The translations under genes were made by a program, and so were the position numbers. The notes under the pieces are model-generated. The model did no database searches. It was not told the origin of the DNA and was given only the letters and a program-made list of their open reading frames with translations. This document shows, in pieces, positions 59,374 to 64,000 of a DNA stretch of 64,000 nucleotides (the first letter of the stretch is position 1; each line of letters begins with the position of its first letter). The stretch spans positions 103,194 through 167,193 of the forward strand of contig CAYGFH010000003.1 in NCBI GenBank assembly GCA_964349125.1, given 5' to 3'. The stretch is from an uncultured Gammaproteobacteria bacterium. Lineage in GTDB: Bacteria > Patescibacteriota > Microgenomatia > UBA10105 > UBA927.

Positions 59374-60171
59374 TTATTCAACAAATTCCTCTATGGTCAA
59401 TGTCTCTTCCCCTGTCGGTTTACCGAGCTCTTTCCATGCGGATAACCCACGAAGGAATAATTCCATAAACCGATCATCCCCACCTGAAGATCCGGGAGCA
59501 AATGCGAGCTCACCTTCTCTCACGCTGAATGTGCCATCGGAAAACCACGCTGTGCGTTTCATACTCCCCAAAGAGACAAGAAGCGGCTGTCCTGGCTTGT
59601 ATTTACCCGCAACCTGACTCTGACGTGTGGTTGTTTTGATATTGCCGTATCCATCTACCCATGCAATTCTGCCTTCCGGAATTTCGGGAATGCTTTTGAT
59701 ATCCAGTTTTTCGCCTATAAACTTTTTCTCATCACGCGCGACGCCGATGACCGCTTCAGGATAAAAATCCCGTGAACGGAACTGTGATCCTTTGTTTGCG
59801 ACATTTACCAAATACAGTTCCTTGATTTCATTCTTTACAAATGAAAAGCAGTATCCGGCATTTACGCCTACGATCTTTGTACCATTTTTAAGTAGTGCGT
59901 ACACTAACCGTTCGCCCTCATTGTCTTTACGCTTCTCGGCATTGTCTTTGCGGGGGGCTGTATTTGTGTAAATAATCATCCCGTCAAACGGGTTAACGAG
60001 ACCGTACTGAGCTGTCCAAAAGCCGGTAGCAATTGTGTTGAATGAAGGAACAGCAGTGGGGTACACGGAAACTTCCGGAGCTAGCATCTCGAGCTTCTGG
60101 ATAACTTCACCAAATGAAGGGTCGCCGACACCATAATCTGCAATAAGCTGAACGAACGTTGGGTTATTCAT
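59374..60171 (-). CDS. SAM hydroxide adenosyltransferase family protein (DUF62; fluorinase/chlorinase-like fold)
   Basis: N-terminal LIADYGVGDPSFGEVI and overall length/pattern fit PF01887. Confidence 0.65.
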   Translation of the reverse strand: MNNPTFVQLIADYGVGDPSFGEVIQKLEMLAPEVSVYPTAVPSFNTIATGFWTAQYGLVNPFDGMIIYTNTAPRKDNAEKRKDNEGERLVYALLKNGTKIVGVNAGYCFSFVKNEIKELYLVNVANKGSQFRSRDFYPEAVIGVARDEKKFIGEKLDIKSIPEIPEGRIAWVDGYGNIKTTTRQSQVAGKYKPGQPLLVSLGSMKRTAWFSDGTFSVREGELAFAPGSSGGDDRFMELFLRGLSAWKELGKPTGEETLTIEEFVE

Positions 60172-60301
60172 AGATATGTATGCAAAAAACCACTAACAGT
60201 TTATATACGGTCGGCATCAACGTGTTGTTATAGACGTTGATGCATAGACATTCGTATTCCTAAATCCAATCAATAGGATTTAGGAACGATGCATATGTAT
60301 T

Positions 60302-61663
60302 TTATGAATAATACTCAATTAAATCAATACGGGTGATCACACCCAGTGCTTTCCCACCTTTTTTTACCACAACAACGAGATTCTCATGTTCGAGAATATT
60401 TGAGACATGATCCAAAGATTCGTCCTCAAGAACTGTGATAACATTGCTGTCATACACTGCCGCCACATGATTCGAGGGACCGATACTCTTATGATAGAGC
60501 CCTGTGAGTAGCTGCCTTTCCGTCACTTTACCAAGAACAATCCCTTTTTGTATCACAGGCATTTGAGAAATATCTTTGGATTTCATAAGATTTATGGCCG
60601 TTTCCACGGTATCGCGGGGAGAGATAGCGATCATTTTTTCATCACCTTTTTTCTTTGCCAGCACATCGGCGACAGATCCCTGTGTTTCTTCACTACCCAG
60701 AAATCCGAATTCACGCATCCAATTATCTGAGTAAAGTTTCGTTAGATAGGACTTCCCGCTGTCGGGAAACAGCATGACCACCACTGCGCTTTTTAGTTTC
60801 GCGACGTAGGACGCCGCAGCAAATAACACCATACCTGATGAACCCCCAGCTAAAATCCCCTGTGTCTTTGCGAGCTTACGCGCAGTGACAAAACTGTCAC
60901 GATCTGAGACTTGAATAACATCATCTATATATCTGAAATCTATAGTTGATGGGATAAAATCCTCCCCGACACCTTCGACTTTATACGTTTTCATGACATC
61001 GGGGAATTTCCCTGTCTTTTTATATGCTGTATATACTGATCCTTCAGGATCAACGCCAATAATTTTTATGTTTGGATTTTGTTCTTTCAGATACTTACCG
61101 ATACCCGTTATGGTTCCGCCTGTGCCCATACCACATACAACATGCGTAACTCTTCCTTCCGTCTGCTCCCAAATTTCAGGTCCTGTCGTCTTGTAATGAA
61201 TGTCCGGATTTGCAGGATTATGATACTGATCGGGTTTATACGCACCGGGTATTTCCTTTGCCAGTCGATCCGATACTTTGTAATAACTACGCTCATCGCC
61301 GGCCATAACAGCGGTGGGTGTGATAACGACTTTGGCACCATACGCACGTAGCAAATTACGTTTCTCGTCACTCATCTTGTCAGGCATGACGAAGACTGTA
61401 TTGTATCCGCGAAGGGCCGCCACCATTGCAAGACCTGTACCTGTATTGCCACTCGTCGGCTCCACGATAGTCCCGCCCCGTTTCAGTTTGCCCTGTTTTT
61501 CCGCACGATCGATCATCGCGGGAGCAATACGGTCTTTGACGCTTCCGCCTGGATTAAGGAATTCGAGTTTAGCAAGAAGTTCTACGGAAGGATTTGTATG
61601 AAATGAACGGATACGGACAAGGGGTGTACGTCCTATGAGATTTAGTATCGAGTCGTAAATCAT
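60302..61663 (-). CDS. Cystathionine beta-synthase-like protein (PLP CysK fold plus tandem CBS domains)
   Basis: Lysine PLP motif region (GSVKDR), a Gly-rich loop (GTGGT) and two C-terminal CBS domains. Confidence 0.85.
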   Translation of the reverse strand: MIYDSILNLIGRTPLVRIRSFHTNPSVELLAKLEFLNPGGSVKDRIAPAMIDRAEKQGKLKRGGTIVEPTSGNTGTGLAMVAALRGYNTVFVMPDKMSDEKRNLLRAYGAKVVITPTAVMAGDERSYYKVSDRLAKEIPGAYKPDQYHNPANPDIHYKTTGPEIWEQTEGRVTHVVCGMGTGGTITGIGKYLKEQNPNIKIIGVDPEGSVYTAYKKTGKFPDVMKTYKVEGVGEDFIPSTIDFRYIDDVIQVSDRDSFVTARKLAKTQGILAGGSSGMVLFAAASYVAKLKSAVVVMLFPDSGKSYLTKLYSDNWMREFGFLGSEETQGSVADVLAKKKGDEKMIAISPRDTVETAINLMKSKDISQMPVIQKGIVLGKVTERQLLTGLYHKSIGPSNHVAAVYDSNVITVLEDESLDHVSNILEHENLVVVVKKGGKALGVITRIDLIEYYS

Positions 61664-61767
61664 CTCTGTGGGAGTATACGACAGGGTTCACACGAAAATC
61701 AACTACAGTATTTTTGTATCTATACTTGCCGTGAGAACTTGTAGTACAGATGTTATTATCCTCGATA

Positions 61768-63855
61768 TTATCCTGAAATAGAACTTGGTTTTATTGATGC
61801 GTAAATTGCAGGAAGCATTGTACTGAATACATGAAGCGGTTTTGGCACACTTGCTTGTTGTTTGATCTTCCATCTATTTCGCATGAGCATGTCAAATTTG
61901 TCTATAAACTCCTGCCCTTGCTCTCTGAGAGCTGACGTAATATAAAACCCAAACCATTTATCAACCAAAATACTTTTATCATTCTGAACTGTATCTAGTG
62001 TTTGCTGAAGTAATTCTTTATAAATTGGCCAATATTCATCTGGTTTACGTAATAAATCACTGACATAACTATTGAGCGTTTGCATTAGAATGCGGTTCGC
62101 CCATACATTTAGACCATACTTATGACTTTTCATCGCCCTTTGATTGCACCACCACTCCCAGTTATCTTGTGATCTTGCATGAAACCGAATAGCATCTCCC
62201 GGACTCATGGGTCCAAATAAATAGTTTATGGCATCCATATCAAGCCAATGAAATACCGGCAGGTTGAACCATGTGTGTAAGGCTAAAGCTTGAGACCAAT
62301 ATGTTGCGTCTGTATCGTCTGCAATAAATATTTCCCCTTTATCGGCAAGAACATAGAGAATTTCCATAGTATCTGGCATAAAACCACATTGTTCACACAA
62401 GTATTCTCTATATATCTTCCAATCCGCTGATAAACCACTTAGCGATTCTATTTGATCTGCTAATCTAATAAGGAATTGCTCTTTCGCTTTTGAATCGAAT
62501 CCGCTAAACAAGTCCACAAATCTGAGCATCTGCTTAATTCCACAAGAGAGACTACCTATTTCCCAGTGAGTAAAAATCGGGTCTTCCCTGTAGAAAACTG
62601 CCTTCTCTAACAATTCATTTTTTTCTGTATGAAATAATCCGGTGGTTATATCAAATTCCTGATACGAAGCCCTAAATGCATCTTTTGCCAAATCCTGTCT
62701 CGTTTGAGAAACCCAGAAAATAACCGGAGATTTTTTATTCTGTTTAAGCATTCTGTTAAGATCATTCAATACCTGTTTTGAATTTTCTTCGTCTAAGCCT
62801 TCCAGGATTTCATCTAATATTAAGACATCTACCGTATCACTAAGAAGATACCCAGATATTATCGCGTTAATAACCCTTTGCTGCTGTCCTTTTGACAGTT
62901 GCGCATAGAAACTGTCCGCTGCGACATGTTCTGATTTACCAATATAACGAGCCAGTAACTCTTGCGTATATCGGAATTTAAGTTCAAAAAAAGCAGGGGC
63001 AATATGTTGTATTTCAACAGGAATCTCTGGATTATTTTTTACTTTTTGTGACTCATCATATGCACTATAGAACAATACATCCTGCTGCCACTTCGGAATT
63101 GAGTCAAGAAGCTGATGTAGTTCGACTATGATGGGATTATTCAAATTATTACGATAGGAAGAACGAAACACGTCAGACATGTAATCAGAAACTCGACTAC
63201 CGACAGACCGCAAAGATTCTTTTGAGATAGATACGATTTGATCTCGTACTGAATCGTAGTCTTGCTGACGCATACCCACCGCTGCACCCGGCTCTATGAT
63301 ACTCACAGATCCCTGATAATTGACAGTTCGCCGAATCGATTCTACGAATGCTGTTTTTCCAATCCCACTTTTTCCCAGCACAGCGTACACATTTCCACGT
63401 TCAAACGCTTTGGTAATACCCGCTTGTGGGAATGAGCCAAAAAATGGCTTAAAGTCTGTGAGTACAAGTCCCGTTTGAATTGTTTGTTCTTGTTTCGGTA
63501 CTGACGCTCCTTCTCGTTTATTCCAGTTCCATGGAGATAACAGCGGCGAAGTGTCACTTCCCAGATAGGATAATACGCGTTCAATTGCCACAACATCCTG
63601 AGCTCTTGATGCATGAGTGCGCTGTGAACTAAGCATACTGTCATACCCCGATAAACCAGTAACAAGTGCAATCAACGTGCCTGTGTACGCGTCGCCCAGT
63701 TGTGCGCGAAAGCCGGACACCACCGCCTGCAACAGGACTGGAATCTCACTCGCTCCACGAAGCCAAGACACCATACGTAAATGGTTTTTGCTATCAAGCT
63801 TACTTAACTCCTCCACACCGACATGGGCTGCGTATTGGGATGCCGGTTTTCTCAC
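61768..63855 (-). CDS. Large soluble protein with an N-terminal ABC-type ATPase domain, unknown function
   Basis: Walker A (GKSGIGKT), ABC signature-like (LSKGQQQRV) and Walker B (VLILDEILEGLD), then ~330 aa of unknown sequence. No TM helices. Confidence 0.5.
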   Translation of the reverse strand: MRKPASQYAAHVGVEELSKLDSKNHLRMVSWLRGASEIPVLLQAVVSGFRAQLGDAYTGTLIALVTGLSGYDSMLSSQRTHASRAQDVVAIERVLSYLGSDTSPLLSPWNWNKREGASVPKQEQTIQTGLVLTDFKPFFGSFPQAGITKAFERGNVYAVLGKSGIGKTAFVESIRRTVNYQGSVSIIEPGAAVGMRQQDYDSVRDQIVSISKESLRSVGSRVSDYMSDVFRSSYRNNLNNPIIVELHQLLDSIPKWQQDVLFYSAYDESQKVKNNPEIPVEIQHIAPAFFELKFRYTQELLARYIGKSEHVAADSFYAQLSKGQQQRVINAIISGYLLSDTVDVLILDEILEGLDEENSKQVLNDLNRMLKQNKKSPVIFWVSQTRQDLAKDAFRASYQEFDITTGLFHTEKNELLEKAVFYREDPIFTHWEIGSLSCGIKQMLRFVDLFSGFDSKAKEQFLIRLADQIESLSGLSADWKIYREYLCEQCGFMPDTMEILYVLADKGEIFIADDTDATYWSQALALHTWFNLPVFHWLDMDAINYLFGPMSPGDAIRFHARSQDNWEWWCNQRAMKSHKYGLNVWANRILMQTLNSYVSDLLRKPDEYWPIYKELLQQTLDTVQNDKSILVDKWFGFYITSALREQGQEFIDKFDMLMRNRWKIKQQASVPKPLHVFSTMLPAIYASIKPSSISG

Positions 63856-64000
63856 ATTTTTATCATATGAATATACCGCTTTTCCTATATATGGAGCAGC
63901 GGATCCGACAGCAGCGACAAGCCATCCCCATGGGTTACCGCTTTCTACTATGGCAATTGCATTTAGTAGGGGTTGTGCGTTATTTGAAAATGTGCGTTCC

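Overview
This is a 64 kb bacterial chromosomal segment of roughly 45-50% GC. Several genes have strong GGAGG-type ribosome-binding sites and there is a T-box leader, which suggests a Gram-positive-type or candidate-phylum lineage, but I cannot place it more precisely. The first ~10 kb is a near-complete histidine operon (hisG-D-C, a HAD phosphatase, hisB-H-F-I-E, with no hisA). It lies behind a consensus sigma70 promoter and a T-box leader with a UGGG bulge consistent with tRNA-His, and is followed by an M24 peptidase gene and hisS. Core housekeeping genes follow: rpmE, an RF1 homolog lacking domain 1, htrA, ctpA, rpsF-ssb-rpsR and ychF. Next comes an AT-poor/AT-rich mosaic of apparently accessory DNA at about 17.7-24.2 kb, encoding a SIR2_2-like protein, an SNase-like nuclease, two or three methyltransferase-like proteins and several unknowns. 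Its first two-gene cassette is bracketed by two copies of an ~80 bp promoter module that carries a 20 bp perfect palindrome, CACATGAATCGATTCATGTG. That palindrome occurs five times in the window, always promoter-proximal to minus-strand genes, and once as a 42 bp perfect palindrome directly in front of a TrpR-like (YerC/YecD family) gene. A second TrpR-like paralog sits just upstream of the his leader. The rest of the window holds transporters (SulP, MFS x2, EamA, a P1B ATPase), GT-C type membrane proteins, a large beta-helix surface protein, dus, cysS and recR-prs. It also contains a putative cobalamin riboswitch in front of a DUF4430 gene and a small multi-TM membrane protein gene. A short hairpin repeat family (CAGATCCTCGCnTTCGCAAGGATGACA, 5 copies) clusters around a GIY-YIG nuclease gene. 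A (TAATCGT)n heptamer tract abuts the start codon of an aminotransferase gene. A cystathionine beta-synthase-like gene and a partial-context ~700 aa protein with an ABC-type ATPase domain lie at the right edge. All coordinates are read by eye from the sequence and may be off by a few nucleotides for non-ORF features.
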